Assembly (NCBI GenBank): GCA_965285935.1
Contig: OZ260667.1
Location: 50,034,001-50,098,000, forward strand
Length of the DNA stretch: 64,000 nucleotides
Direction of reading: 5' to 3'
DNA from: Ophelia neglecta
Taxonomy: Eukaryota
This document shows, one piece after another, positions 1 through 13,278 of the stretch; positions within the stretch are counted from its first letter, which is position 1, and the number at the start of each line of letters is the position of its first letter. Both the position numbers and the translations under genes were made by a program. The notes beneath the pieces were generated by a model. It did no database searches. It was given only the letters and a program-made list of their open reading frames with translations, and had not been told where the DNA came from.

Positions 1-892
1 CCAAAAATCCTATGCGCATGCGCAAAGTGCAAAATTGGAAATTTCAACTTTCACTGCTTCGGCAAAAGCATATCAAGCGATTGAGAGAATAGAAACCCGG
101 TGGTCCCATAGACCAAAGGGACCATGAAGATAGGTGATGTAAGATAGATAAGATAAATCATGTTAACTTACCATGTATCATACCGCACCCGTCCATATCA
201 TAGCACATCCATATCTTTCAGTAAAGTGTTACACACAAAACAATACGAGTGACAGATGAAAATATAAATAACATCCATCATACCGCATTATTCGGGGCGT
301 ATTTGCAGTTTCTCAGAGTCCAAAGCTTCCTCAAACTTAGTGTAAGTTTGGTAAAATACTCCAAGTCCTGAATGTGAATATGTCCGAGTCTATTATCTGG
401 ACGGAAGATAATTTCTAATCTATATGGGCAGAATCTTCTCCGTCTTGTTCAATGATCGAATTGAATGATAAAATGGAGTAATTTGTTGTTCTGCCCTATA
501 GGTTAGAGATTCTTATATCTATTTTTTCACTTTTGATACTGTATTGTCGACTAGAGAATAGGTTTGACAGTGGTGTGTTTTATTTACCGCGAATGCATAA
601 TGTTATGCCGCATCTAGTATTGAATTTTTTGGTATTGTTGCACTCAGTAATAACAGTGAAGGTTACGAACCAGTAGAACATGCAGTAATGTTTATTCCGA
701 GGTATAATCCCATGCACTCGTATACAGGTAAACAATAATTACAATGAAAAGGTAAACGTTTGAAATTACAGGTAATATATGAAAATACAATCATTATTAA
801 CGTATCTGCGAATAAGGTAAATACATACCACCATACCGGGCTCAAAACCACGATGAAGCGACACATCATGAGGTACTAATACAGGGAATATC

Positions 893-1507
893 AACACACT
901 GTCAGTCCGCTGTACAATTTCAATATTACAGTTAATACATTGACACACTGTCAGTCCGCTGTACAATTCCAATATTACAGTCAATACATTGACACACTGT
1001 CAATCCGCTGTACAATTCCAATATTACAGTCAATACATTGACACAGTGTCAGTCCAGTGTACAATTCCAATATTACAGTCAATACATTGACACACTGTCA
1101 GTCCGCTGTACAATTCCAATATTACAGTCAATACATTGACACAGTGTCAGTCCAGTGTACAATTCCAATATTACAGTCAATACATTGACACACTGTCAGT
1201 CCGCTGTACAATTCCAATATTACAGTCAATACATTGACACAGTGTCAGTCCAGTGTACAATTCCAATATTACAGTCAATACATTGACACACTGTCAATCC
1301 GCTGTACAATTCCAATATTACAGTCAATACATTGACACAGTGTCAGTCCAGTGTACAATTCCAATATTACAGTCAATACATTGACACACTGTCAGTCCGC
1401 TGTACAATTCCAATATTACAGTCAATACATTGACACAGTGTCAGTCCAGTGTACAATTCCAATATTACAGTCAATACGTTGACACACTGTCAGTCCGCTG
1501 TACAATT
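893..1507. repeat. 49-bp minisatellite, ~12.5 copies
   Basis: Unit GACACACTGTCAGTCCGCTGTACAATTCCAATATTACAGTCAATACATT recurs at 942, 991, etc. Confidence 0.95.
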
Positions 1508-1835
1508 GCCATATCCCACAAACACGCTAGCACTCCGGACACACCGTCATGCCTGACTGAGGTCATGCCTGACTGACCAGGTAATGACCAGGTGGCTTGT
1601 AATGCAACACATAGAAATCATGCTGTATATACTTTTAAGAAAGAAAAAACGTACGTGTATAAATATGTGCCCGTCCAATACGTTATAAGGTAAATGGCGT
1701 GTTCAAGCATACCACAAATGAAGATCAGTTCATATGCACTTTATTTCTTTCATACATTATTCTAGGTTACAATACACCAACATACGTGCTTGCCAATCCA
1801 ACAAAAAACTAATGTTTATCTTATTCATACATTGA

Positions 1836-3160
1836 ACATAAGTGTGTAGTTTTTGGTGATTGTACCTACCGGAAGTCGCGCGTAATCTGGGAAAATACGT
1901 TTTTGAGGGTCCAATAGGCGTCAAATCACGAGGAGGCGTCGCACAGGAAAATGGCAGGTGCCATTCTGTCAGGTACGAAAAAGACAAAAAAAACGTAAAA
2001 AAGATTTTTTTCAAAAACGCCGTTTGGCGCTCAGAAGCTTAGTTTTCGAGATATGGCCCAAATATCGTTTCAACTCTCTTGGCCCATATCTCGCTTAATA
2101 ATAGCGTTAGAGACTTGAATTTAGTTTTAAACTGATTCTTATGGACCCTTATTTCGTTTGGTCGCCAAAATCCTATACGCGTGCCCAAAGTGCAAAATTT
2201 GAAATTTTGACTCCCACTGATTATTGGCCGCTTTGGCAAAATCACTCGGCACGAGCTACAGGTCGCAATTCCTGCCCGATCACCTTCAGATTTTCACACA
2301 GTATGTGTGATCGGTTGCCACATAAGTGTGTAGTTTTTGGTGGTTGTACCTACTGGAAGTCGCGAGTAATCTGGGAAAATACGTTTTTGAGGGTCCAATA
2401 GGCGCCAAATCACGAGGAAGCGTCGCACAGGAAAATGGCAGGTGCCATTCTGTCAGGTACAAAAAAGACAAAAAAAAAACGTACAAAATATTTAATTCAA
2501 AACGCCGTTTGGCGCTCAGAAGCTTAGTTTTCGAGATATGGCCCAAATCTCGTTTCAACTCTCTTGGCCCATATCTCGCTTAATAATAGCGTTAGAGACT
2601 TGAATTTAGTTTTAAACTGATTCTTTTGGCCCCTTCTTTCGTTTGGTCGCAAAAATCCTATGCGCATGTGCAAAGTGCAAAATTTCAAATTTTGACTTCC
2701 ACTGATTATTGGCCGCTTTGGCAAAATCACTCGGCACGAGCTACAGGTCGCAATTCCTACCCGATCACCTTCAGATTTTCACACAGTGTGTGTTATCTGT
2801 TGCAATATAAGTGTGTTGTTTTTTGTGATTGTACCTACCGGAAGTCGCGAGTAATCTGGGAAAATGCGTTTTTGAGGGTGCTATAGGCGCCAAATCACGA
2901 GGAGGCGTCGCACAGGAAAATGGCCGGTGCCATTCTGTCAGGTACGAAAAAGACAAAAAACACGTACAAAACATTTGTACAAAACGCCGTTTGGCGCTCA
3001 GAAGCTTAGTTTTCGAGATATGGCCCATATCTCGCTTAATAATAGAGTTAGAGACATGAATTTTTTGAACTGATTCTTTTGGACCGTCCTTTCGTTTGGT
3101 CGCCAAAAGTCCTATGCGCATGCGCAAAGTGCAAAATTGTAATTTTCAACTTTCACTGCT
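1836..3160. repeat. ~485-bp tandem repeat, ~2.7 copies (further partial copy at ~4540-4760)
   Basis: Blocks recur at offset 485 (e.g. ORFs 2141/2626 and 2039/2524). Confidence 0.9.
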
Positions 3161-4000
3161 TCGGCAAAAGCATATCAAGCGATTGAGGGAATAAAAACCC
3201 GGTGGTCCCATAGACCAAAGGGTCCATGGAGATAGGTGATGTAAGATAGATAAGATAAATCATGTTAACTAACCATGTATCATACCGCACCCGTCCCTAT
3301 CGTAGCACATCCATATCTTTCAGTAAAGTGTTACACACAAAACAATACGAGTGACAGATGAAAATATAAATAACATCCATCATACCGCATTATTCGGGGC
3401 GTGTTTGCAGTTTCTCACAGTCCAAAACTTCCTCAAACTTAGTGTAAGTTTGGTAAAATACTCCAAGTCCTGAATGTGAATGTGAATATGTCCGAGTCTA
3501 TTATCTGGACGGAAGATAATTTCTAATCTATATGGGCAGAATCTTCTCCGTCTTGTACAATTATCGAATTTAATGATAAAATGGAGTAATTTGTTGTTCT
3601 GCCCTATAGGTTAGAGATTCATATATCTAATTTTTCACTTTTGATACTGTATTGTCGACTAGAGAATAGGTTTGACAGTGGTGTGTTTTATATACCGCGA
3701 ATACATAATGTTATGTCGCATCTAGTATTGAATTTTTTGGTATTGTTGCACTCAGTAATAACAGTGAAGGTTACGAACCAGTAGAACATGCAGTAATGTT
3801 TATTCCGAGGTATAATCCCATGCACTCGTATACAGGTAAACTGTAATTACAATGAAAAGGAAAACGTTTGAAATTACAGGTAATATATGAACATACAATC
3901 ATTATTAACGTATCTGCGAATAAGGTAAATACATACCACCATACCGGGCTCAAAACCACGATGAAGCGACACATCATGAGGTACTAATGCAGGGAATATC

Positions 4001-4174
4001 GACACACTGTCAGTCCGCTGTACAATTCCAATATTACAGTCAATACATTGACACACTGTCAGTCCGCTGTACAATTCCAATATTACAGTCAATACATTGA
4101 CACAGTGTCAGTCCAGTGTACAATTCCAATATTACAGTCAATACATTGACACACTGTCAGTCCGCTGTACAATT
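4001..4174. repeat. 49-bp minisatellite, ~3.5 copies
   Basis: Same unit and flanks as 893-1507, with fewer copies. Confidence 0.95.
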
Positions 4175-4333
4175 GCCATATCCCACAAACACGCTAGCAC
4201 TCCGGACACACCGTCATGCCTGACTGAGGTCATGCCTGACTGACCAGGTAATGACCAGGTGGCTTGTAATGCAACACATAGAAATCATGCTGTATATACT
4301 TTTAAGAAAGAAAAAACGTACGTGTATAAATAT

Positions 4334-4538
4334 GTGCCCGTCCAATACGTTATAAGGTAAATGGCGTGTTCAAGCATACCACAAATGAAGATCAGTTCAT
4401 ATGCACGTTATTTCTTTCATACATTATTCTAGGTTACAATACACCAACATACGTGCTTGCCAATCCAACAAAAAACTAATGTTTATCTTATTCATACATT
4501 GAACACGCCATTAGCCTAATAACGTATTGGACGTGCAC
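4334..4538. mobile_element. MITE-like element with ~39-bp imperfect inverted ends
   Basis: GTGCCCGTCCAATACGTTATAAGGTAAATGGCGTGTTCAA at the left end; near reverse complement TTGAACACGCCATTAGCCTAATAACGTATTGGACGTGCAC at the right end. Confidence 0.6.
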
Positions 4539-4774
4539 GTTTTCGAAATATGGCCCGTATCACGCTTTAAAATGTAATTAGAGACTTGAACTTTTTTTTA
4601 AACTGATTCTTTTGGACCCTTCTTTCGTTTGGTCGCCAAAAATCCTATGCGCATGCGCAAAGTGCGAAATTTCAAACTTTCACTGATAATTGGGCCGCTT
4701 TGGCAAAATCACTCGGCACGAGCTACAGGTCGCAATTCTTGCCTGATCACCTTGATATTTTCAGATTCATGAAT

Positions 4775-5625
4775 GATATATGATGATTATATAATGATTA
4801 TATGTTTAAGTGAGTCATGGCAGACCCAGTTCGAAACACAGCTGCCAATTTGGGTTTCCGCTAGTTTCCACTAGGCCTATAACCAAGTAATGTTGTGCTT
4901 TAAAATGCTTGGGATTACAGAATGGAGACTTAAAGATGATAAAATCGTACTTCCTGTGTTTAAGTCTCTTCGCTGTATGGCATAGCTTGAAGAAGTATAC
5001 TGATAAAAATGTTTCAGATTGATAGAAAAAATGATTCTAAGACTGTTTTGTGTGATTATATGATGATAATACGCTTAAGCGAGTTGCGGCAACCCCAGCT
5101 GCCAGTTCGAAATTTCAGCTGCCAATTCAGGTTTCCGCTTGTTTCCGCTATAACCAAGTAATGTTGTGCATTGAAATGCTTCGGATACATGAAAGATGAC
5201 CTAAAGATGATGTTGGGGTTGTTTTCAAATGAATTAAATATAGTTTTATGTGTTCAGAACCATACTTCCTGTGTTTCACTCTTTCAGCTGTTAGGCATAG
5301 GTCGAAGTAGGATACTCATAAAAATGTTTCAGATTGATAGAAAAATTGATTTTAAGACTGTTTTGTGTGATTATATGATGATTATACGCTTAAGCGAGTC
5401 GTGGCAGACCCAGCTGCCAGTTCGAAATCTCAGCTGCCAATTCGGGTTTCCGCTAGTTTCCACTATAACCAAGTTATGTTTTGCTGTTTGACATAGGTCG
5501 AAGTAGTATACTCATAAAAAATGATACCGATTGATAGAAAAATTGATTTTAAGACTGTTTTGTGTGATTATTTGATGATTATATTCCTAAGCAAGTCGTG
5601 GCAGACCCAGCTGCCAATTCAATTT
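4775..5625. repeat. Degenerate tandem repeat (~200-310 bp units, 3-4 copies)
   Basis: Recurrent GGCAGACCCAGCTGCCAGTTCGAAA..CAGCTGCCAATT..GGTTTCCGCT and GATTGATAGAAAAATTGATTTTAAGACTGTTTTGTGTGATT blocks. Confidence 0.8.
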
Positions 5626-7365
5626 CCTAGCTCACAATTCAGGTCTCTGCTAAAATGAAACATAAATACATTGAAAAAATACAAGAAAACATAAAATATA
5701 ATAAAGAAGATTGTTTATTTGTTTCATGATCACCTTTTTGCTATTTTAGTTTCATTTTTGCGTAAAAAATTGAATTGGCAACTGGCTACTGGCAACTGGC
5801 AGCCAGCTTTATGTTCGTGTTACTCGTCGTTATTGCCCGTCCTGTGTACTCTCGTACAAGGTGATATACCCACACGAACAATACGATATACAACACTAGC
5901 CTGTACTTTGTGTACAGAAAGTCTTTAGCGGGTAACACGTTGGAATTAACTTAATGTTGGAAGTTCGGGCTAAGAACATATATTGAATGGTCTTTAAAAG
6001 GATAATAATACAAGATTTGAGTGTGTCACTGGGGGTTCAAACCTTGTGTGTCAATCTTGTTCAATCACCCGAGTATTGCTCTTATATGTGGCTCTTGTGC
6101 ATAATTATAACGTGTATCTATATTGCTAACCAGGCATACTAGCTTCACAGTAAATAAACTGATCAAGGATTCAATAGTCGAACGTACTTCGCACTTTTAC
6201 AGAATCCCTAGTACAAATAGCAAGCAAATCAGTGGCACGGCTTTAAATTGGAAGCTATTATATAAGTGTTTGGCCGTGCTGATCCGTTTAATAAAGCAAT
6301 AGTCAGAATTATGTTTGCTTGGCGTCGGCATGTTTGCTTCGAGAGGGGGTGAGGGGTGGGGTGGGGGGGGGGGGGGCTAACACGCCTGAAATAAATAAGT
6401 AGCGAGGAGTTCGGGACCAACGACTTTTGAGTCTTGATCACTTTCATCGCCCGTGTTTATTGTTAATTCCTATATATTTAAAGCATAGTGGACTTAACCC
6501 GGGGGACTGACCAAAGATGAATACTATTAGCATAACCATAGGCAACTTATTCATGGGTGTATCTCAATTGCCAACTATACCTATATATAATTCAAAGATA
6601 ATAATGCTGATAACGGCAGAAAGGAAGCAAAGGTATGTAAAGTATGTTGTCCCCCCCCCCTACCTCCAGCCGGGGACCTTAGAAACATGTAATAAGAAGT
6701 GCATGCCTTTTCCGCTATACCTTTGAAAAATGTAATTGTTAGTATAGCGTTCACATGGGCATATACACAGACCTTATTGCAGACTGGACTTTCTGCTAAT
6801 TGCTGTATATAAAATTATATTAATGCCAGCTGTGCTAACGGATTTGTTTAACTATTGTGCGGCCAAGTGCCAATCGGGTGTATTATTCCAATGGATTACC
6901 TAACCTGTATTCCTCGGACTCGAGTGGAGAAACGCACAGTCACCAAGGCCTGGGCTTACATCCACACTGTTAGTATTAGTACAGCATACTATATGACAGA
7001 GTAGAAAAATACTGACCGGTTTTTCTTTTTATAGGATATGAGCACAAATTATGTGTTGACCCAGAAATAGATACACGTGATAGTAATAGACAGTATACAG
7101 ATAAACATTAATGATGTTGCTTGTTCTATCAGTAATTGTCTTTTTCGGTTTGAGTCTCAATAAGGTCCTATATATACATGACTATTAAGAAGCAACCCTC
7201 AAGAGTTATTGTTCGTATTTTCATTAATATCTCATGATGAAATAGGGTCACTCTAATTGTCCCCTGCGAACCAGAAATGGTAGAAATGGCAACGTTCATG
7301 CCAAAAGAAAAACGGGGTTTATCAATTTAGATAATTATAAAACACCGAAGCCTATAGTTATACAT

Positions 7366-10288
7366 ATGGCGGACCGGACTTATTCCACTCGGCCTAGTAA
7401 TGACCCCGACCAGACTTCTAGACAAGACACCCAGGACTCCAAACGGACCAAGAAAGGCACCCAGGGACAGGCCAGGGCCGGGGGACAAAGCCGAAATGGA
7501 GCTGGGGCATCCGGCGGCGGATCTGGAGCTCCGTCTAGAGCCAGTCAGGGGACGCGACCAGGGGCAGATCAGGGCCGGTCACATAGGAGTGTAGTCAGGT
7601 CTGTGTCCGGTACTCCTGGGGCGGCCCCACCGTCTCTTCCCCCTTCTCAGCCTCAACCGACAGCCCCGAGCACCCGGGGACCTAGCCAGGCGCCGTCAGA
7701 ACAGCCCGAGGAGTACGACGCTCAGACTGAGGTAGGGAATTATTAAACAATAAATAAAACTCCCTTAAAGTGAGCGCATACACACACAGAATCATCAGGT
7801 GCTACTGCCGTTAGAGGAATATACAGAATTGTTTATAACGGTATACTTGACATTTTAATTAATTAAGACACAACCAACATTCTCGAAACATCCCTCAGAC
7901 GCATTTAGTTATATGTTGATCTTACAAACAGTTTTACCACATCTTAAACACTAAGCAACATACATGTAATTATACATAATATAAAAAGTATATAAAAATG
8001 TCACACTGACAAATAACGCTTATTTCTTAGCTTGTTAAATATATATTCCAGTGTCGTATTGTGATTATTGTATACAGGTGGGTACTATAGAGGAGTCAGT
8101 ACACGACGTGGCTTATGACATGGGAGGGTACATCTACCGCGGTAGGAGGGAGGAGGAGAGGGACGTGGACGGACCCTCTCCGCGGGCCGAGCTCCAGGAG
8201 AGCCGCGGATACTGCGACTGCTTCCCGCCCACTAGTAACAAGTAAGAGTAACTTTACACCTTTCAGACAATTACTAAACGAAATATATCGATTTGATGTA
8301 ATACAATTCCTCTTTTAAACGCTGTCCCTCTTTTTTTTTACTGAAACTCAATTTAATAGAATCATTTAATGATATCCTCCTCTTTAATTTAGGCACACAT
8401 GTGAACTAGAGCACAGTTATTTTTCAAGCATTAAGACCAAATGCAACATTCAGAAAATAAATCTATACACGGGTCTGGCTGGTTGAAATCTATTGAGCTG
8501 TCTATTGGTCTTTCCGCAATTCAAATTTTGGCAGGGGTTCATATTTTACAGAATAAGTAAACACTTTAACTGCAGCATTTAACAAATTCAAGCAGGGAGG
8601 AACTGGGTCTTTATATATTAGTGCAGTTGAACCCTGATCGCCACAACTCACCTACCCATCACCGTATGCTACTACTAACAACCCACTGCTCCTCCAACGA
8701 GAGGTGGCGCGCAATACTCACCGTGTTATATGCCGGGACCGATGATCGGAGTACGCGGTCACTGTCACCAGTGGCGGATCCAGGATTTCAGGAAGGGGGG
8801 GGGGGGCAAATTTTACAAGGCTGTCAAGGCAAATTTCTGGATTGTCCCCGTTACCAGCCCTCTGAAATCACCTTGCGTCGGTCCAGATATAGGCCCTGGT
8901 CCTGCCCCCCCCCCCCCCCCCCTAAGTCCGCCACTGGTACCGGTTTATAGTTCTTTTGCTTTCTTTCGGAAGAAAACTCAATACGAGATTAATATATTAT
9001 AATTAGTATAGTAGGAAACCCGTCACTAAACCGATAACACTTTGACCTTTTCCAGCGAGATACCCAGCATGCTTTACGAGAAGCTGCATTGTGTTCACCA
9101 CGGCGTGACCAATCTGACGCACGGTCCGGTCAGCAAGTTCTATGACAACTGGACTGCTCCCGGTAAACCCGCGCCAATACATGAAGCGGATTTTGTGAGA
9201 AATAAACAAAAAAGAATCGTTCAGCCTTCAGCCAAATACGTGTCGGGGTACCCTCCTCAGAAATATGGATATAATATACCTTGGGATAAGGAGTGGCAAG
9301 AATTTATGACCTCTGTGAATCATCAGCCGTCTGTGGAACAGCCCCAAAGTCAGGGCGGCGATCCCAGCTCTGGTAGTCAACAGGATATAAACAGTGTCGC
9401 CACCTCGCGTACACCTACAGGAACCGCACCGGAAAGGCAATCCCGGACAGGCACCTCACGACAAAATACTGCTCGCTTAGAAATCAGCGAGAAACGGCCG
9501 ACACAATCAAGACCATCTGTTCGCTCTCCGGTGAGAACCAATCAAGCGCCGGGCTCAGAACGAGGCTCTGACATACTTCCTCAGATTTCGCGCAAAGGCG
9601 GAACTCATCAGATGAATCTGTCGCGGCATGAGGCAGTGCCGGTTCTTCCTCCAGTTGTTAAGCCAGCTGATAGCGAGGTTGGCTCGGAACTGAAATACGG
9701 GCAGATCGCGGGTGAAGCAGACGATGGGTTTTACGATGAAGAACCAGAAGTCCGGGAGAACTCTGACCCCTACCTACAGTTCAGAAGCACCGAAAAGGTG
9801 GTGCAAGGCAAAATGTATGATCCGGGTATGTAAATGGCAACCTTTTTGCTTGAATTGATATATCAAGCAGGTAATTCAAAGCCGTATCATTGAGGATAAA
9901 TAAAACGTGTATAGCCTACATCCGATATAAAAGGAAGCGGGGTTTAAGAGTTTAATTGTATAACAGGCTATTAATAATATAATAAACTTTATCTATTATT
10001 AAAGTCAAACTTTATATTATTAAGGGGCGGATGTAGCGTTCATATTTCGGGAGGGGGATTGGTGGTGGGGGTTGGCGGGTGTGGGGTGGGGCATGCAGTG
10101 GAAACCTCACCCCACCCCCCACCCCCCACCCCCAACCTCATGTGACCTCCGATATTACCAGGAACTATTATCATCAAATATTGCATATGATATATATATT
10201 TATTTTTTTAGTTACTAAACAGATGATGTATTACCATATTCAACCTGGCGAAAAGAAATGGATAAGTCACCGAGAGTACAGGAACTGA
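7366..10288 (+). CDS. Uncharacterised ~458-aa, largely disordered protein; coding exons 7366-7731, 8078-8241, 9056-9825, 10212-10288
   Basis: GC-rich exons with GT-AG boundaries and matching phases (0, 2, 1), giving 1377 nt ending in TGA. The C-terminus YDPVTKQMMYYHIQPGEKKW is weakly WW-like. Confidence 0.75.
8769..8936. mobile_element. Short non-autonomous TIR element (MITE) in an intron
   Basis: Perfect 10-bp TIR CAGTGGCGGA...TCCGCCACTG with inner G-run and C-run. No clear TSD. Confidence 0.7.
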
Positions 10289-10719
10289 ACTAATATCGTG
10301 ATGGACTTGATGAGGCCAGTTATCTTAAACCCCCGATGAAGGTCTATAATTTCCATCTCAAACACTCTCAGGGAAACAATGTTCCTTGTTAGCTCACAGG
10401 TTCAGAGGTGTTTGGGAAATATCTGGATTGTGTAAAAATGATATATGTATATAGTTTGTGTATTATTCACGAAACACTTTGAAAAAATATGTTTGTCGGA
10501 AAATATACTTATTCTGATTCATTCATTTGTTTCTGTTTAGTTTATTGCGTATTAACAAGCCTTTTATTTAAATGGGATTCGCGAGTACAATTATCGCGCT
10601 AATAATCCTAATGCGCCATGATGCGACACACAGTTTATATAGTACCACCGACATTTGCCAGAAGGAAGGAACGCAATTCTAACAGTCTTAAGTGCGAACC
10701 ATGTAAGAACACGAGTGAC

Positions 10720-11760
10720 TACAATGTTATTATGTTCACAATTTATAATATCACGTTCACGAATTGGATTCTACAGCCAAAGTAAAAGACCCGAGTATCT
10801 AGTATATGATCAATCTTTTGTTAAAATTACGTACGTTTTTTATGACTTTGCATGGGGTGAGCCAATTCAAACGAGTTTAGTACAATCTTGTATCAATACC
10901 AAAGTTATGTACACGTCTATATACAAACAACATTATCAGGCGGGGATATAGGAGTGGACAGTAGCCCCATACGCTCAGGTAGCATAAAGAGGACAAGAAG
11001 CCCTGTGGTGAGGACACAAGCCGTTGAGGTGAGGTCTCATGCAGGGGAAGGGGCACCTTTAGGGAAAACCCCAAGCATGGGTAAGGATCCTTTTAGGGGA
11101 GGCCCCAATCAGAGGAAAGGATCCTTATAGGGGAGGTCCTAGGCAGAGGAAGTGATCCCTATAGGGGAGGCTCCAAGCAGGGGAAATGATCCTTTTAGGG
11201 GAGGCTCCAAGCAAGCGACAGGGTCATTTTAGGGGAGGCCCCAATCAGAGGAAAGGATCCTTAAGGGGAGGTCCCAAGCAAAGGAGAGGAGCCCTTGAGT
11301 GAAGGCCCCAAGCAGGGGATAGGGGCCCCTGAGGGGAGGCCCAAAGCAGGGGACAGATGTCCTTGAGGGGATAACCCATGCAGGGATCAGGACACGAACA
11401 CTGTAGGGTAGGCCCCAAGCAGGGGATAGGACAGGGGCCTCTGATGGGAGGCCCCAAGCAGGGGAACAGGAGCCCTTGAGGGGAGGCCCAAAATAGGGAA
11501 TACAACAGGAGTACCTGAGGGTAGGCCCCAAGCAGGGAACAGGAGCCCTTAAGCGGAGACGCCTAGCAGTAGGACAGGACAGGAACCCTGGAGGGGAGGC
11601 CCCAAGCAAGGACAATAGCCCTTGATTGGAAGCGCGAATAACCGGAAAAGGGTGGCCCCAACGACTGACCATGAACACTCATGGGCTCGAGGCCTCGAGG
11701 GGACAAGAGCCCTAATGAGGAGGCCTCAATGAGGAGACAAGAGCCGTTATGGAGTGGCCC
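10720..11760. repeat. Interspersed repeat, copy 1: AT-rich leader plus purine-rich ~35-bp degenerate minisatellite
   Basis: Anchor TACACGTCTATATACAAACAACAT..TCAGGC followed by GGGGAGGCCCCAAGCAGGGGACAGGAGCCCTT-like units. Related copies at ~49840 and ~52960. Confidence 0.8.
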
Positions 11761-13278
11761 GAAGAAGCGCTATTTTGATTGTATGCACTTCGTCTTTTGT
11801 CATCAGCACGAGACTGACCCCGTTCTCATAGAAAACCCAGTCTTTAAACGGCCAACTGTTCTCTGTGATATAGAGCATAAAACCCACGGGGAAGGGGCAG
11901 TCGGGTAACGTTAGTAGAGGATAAATGTTCTGTTTAAATCACTAACCATAAGATAACAGCTCTTTTTAAGATTAATGATTATGTAAGTGCTCCTAAGAGT
12001 AGATTAAGTGCAACTTAAGCACGCGCACGTGCGTATAAAATAATATGAGCCAACATTGTCTCTGCGAACAATGCCTAAACTTTGAACTTGTTGACTTGTG
12101 AAATAGTCCTGATACTTCGTATACTTTGGGACAACCTTTTGATAACCAACGTCAGATATATTACTTTTCCTAGTGCTTAGTACTGTTAGTATCGTTGATT
12201 TAACTTCACCAGGTTTGAGTGTTTTTTTTCTGGCAGTAAAGCAGGTTATGAGCTTGCCATGTATAACACAAGGCCAACATAGTACATAAGTACAGTACAA
12301 TTAAAGCCTATTAGTAACTTTAATTAAATTGACCGTCGTGCTATAAAAATAAATAAAGCAGAATACGAAATTACCATGGTTGAAGCTTCGCAAGTCTTAT
12401 TGATTTTTATACATGCCTAAATGGTAATGCAACTTCTTATATATGTAATTATAAGATTTGTGCTATTAATGCTGAGTGTAAGAACAATTTGCCAATCACT
12501 CAGTGTAATCACAACTTGTTAGGTTTTTAATTACACAATGAATTGTATAATAATATTGGTGGTAATTACCGTTCTTTTCAAGACAGGGTGTTGTTGAAAA
12601 TCACAGTGATATATATAATTTAAAAGACTCCTTCTATTCTTTTTAGAAAGAAATAATATATAGGAATTACTTCAAATGAAAAGGGAAGTTCTATACTATT
12701 GCTGAAGTCCTTTAATAAAGGCCTCTTTACTACCTGGTGTAATCTGTATAAAATAATAAGCGGCTGTATTTGGCATTATACTTAAAGTGTGAAGAAACAC
12801 ATATATACATATACGCAATGTAAAACATGAAGATCCTATAAATATCATCATCTATGGTTTTTCGTCAAAATTCATCGCGCAGAAAGCACCCTGCATATAC
12901 ATGTAATATCATACACCCCATTCAGAATGAATTGATCTATGAACTTAGTAAAATGTATCAACTGTAATGGTAGACCTTTGTTAAGTGGAAGCTCGAGTAT
13001 GGCATGTAAATGAGTCCGTTTAGTTTTAACTGCAATCTCAGACGCACAAAGTATTATGAGTGGTCCTTGTAACAGATAATGTATTATGTTACTCTTATCT
13101 TTTCGATGTTTTGCGGTTCATATGAAATGAAGGTGGTATGACACCGGTTTCAAAACGAGGATGGTTTGTCAGCCAGACTGAACTTTGCAATAGCCATATT
13201 TGTACGTATATTCAGTGAAGCTGTCCGCCGAAACGCATAGAGCTAGGTCTCTCATTTGTGTCACCTGTCGCTGCAAAC

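Larger units (their letters stand above)
1..4760. repeat. Composite tandem segmental repeat (~3.1 kb period) with nested minisatellite, 485-bp repeats and MITE-like piece
   Basis: 1-~1836 is nearly identical to ~3105-4506. The same spurious ORF appears at 663 and 3771 (offset 3108). A third partial start occurs near 4630. Confidence 0.9.

Noticed and set aside
893-1507. Regularly spaced repeats resembling a CRISPR array
   Set aside because: Head-to-tail units with no unique spacers, a eukaryotic context and no cas genes.
663-4092. Many short duplicated ORFs
   Set aside because: They are by-products of the tandem repeats and show no protein motifs or splice structure.
11229-11678. Pro/Gly-rich ORFs (also at 50085 and 53097-53768)
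   Set aside because: They are translations of the degenerate GC-rich minisatellite, and the frames are not conserved between copies.
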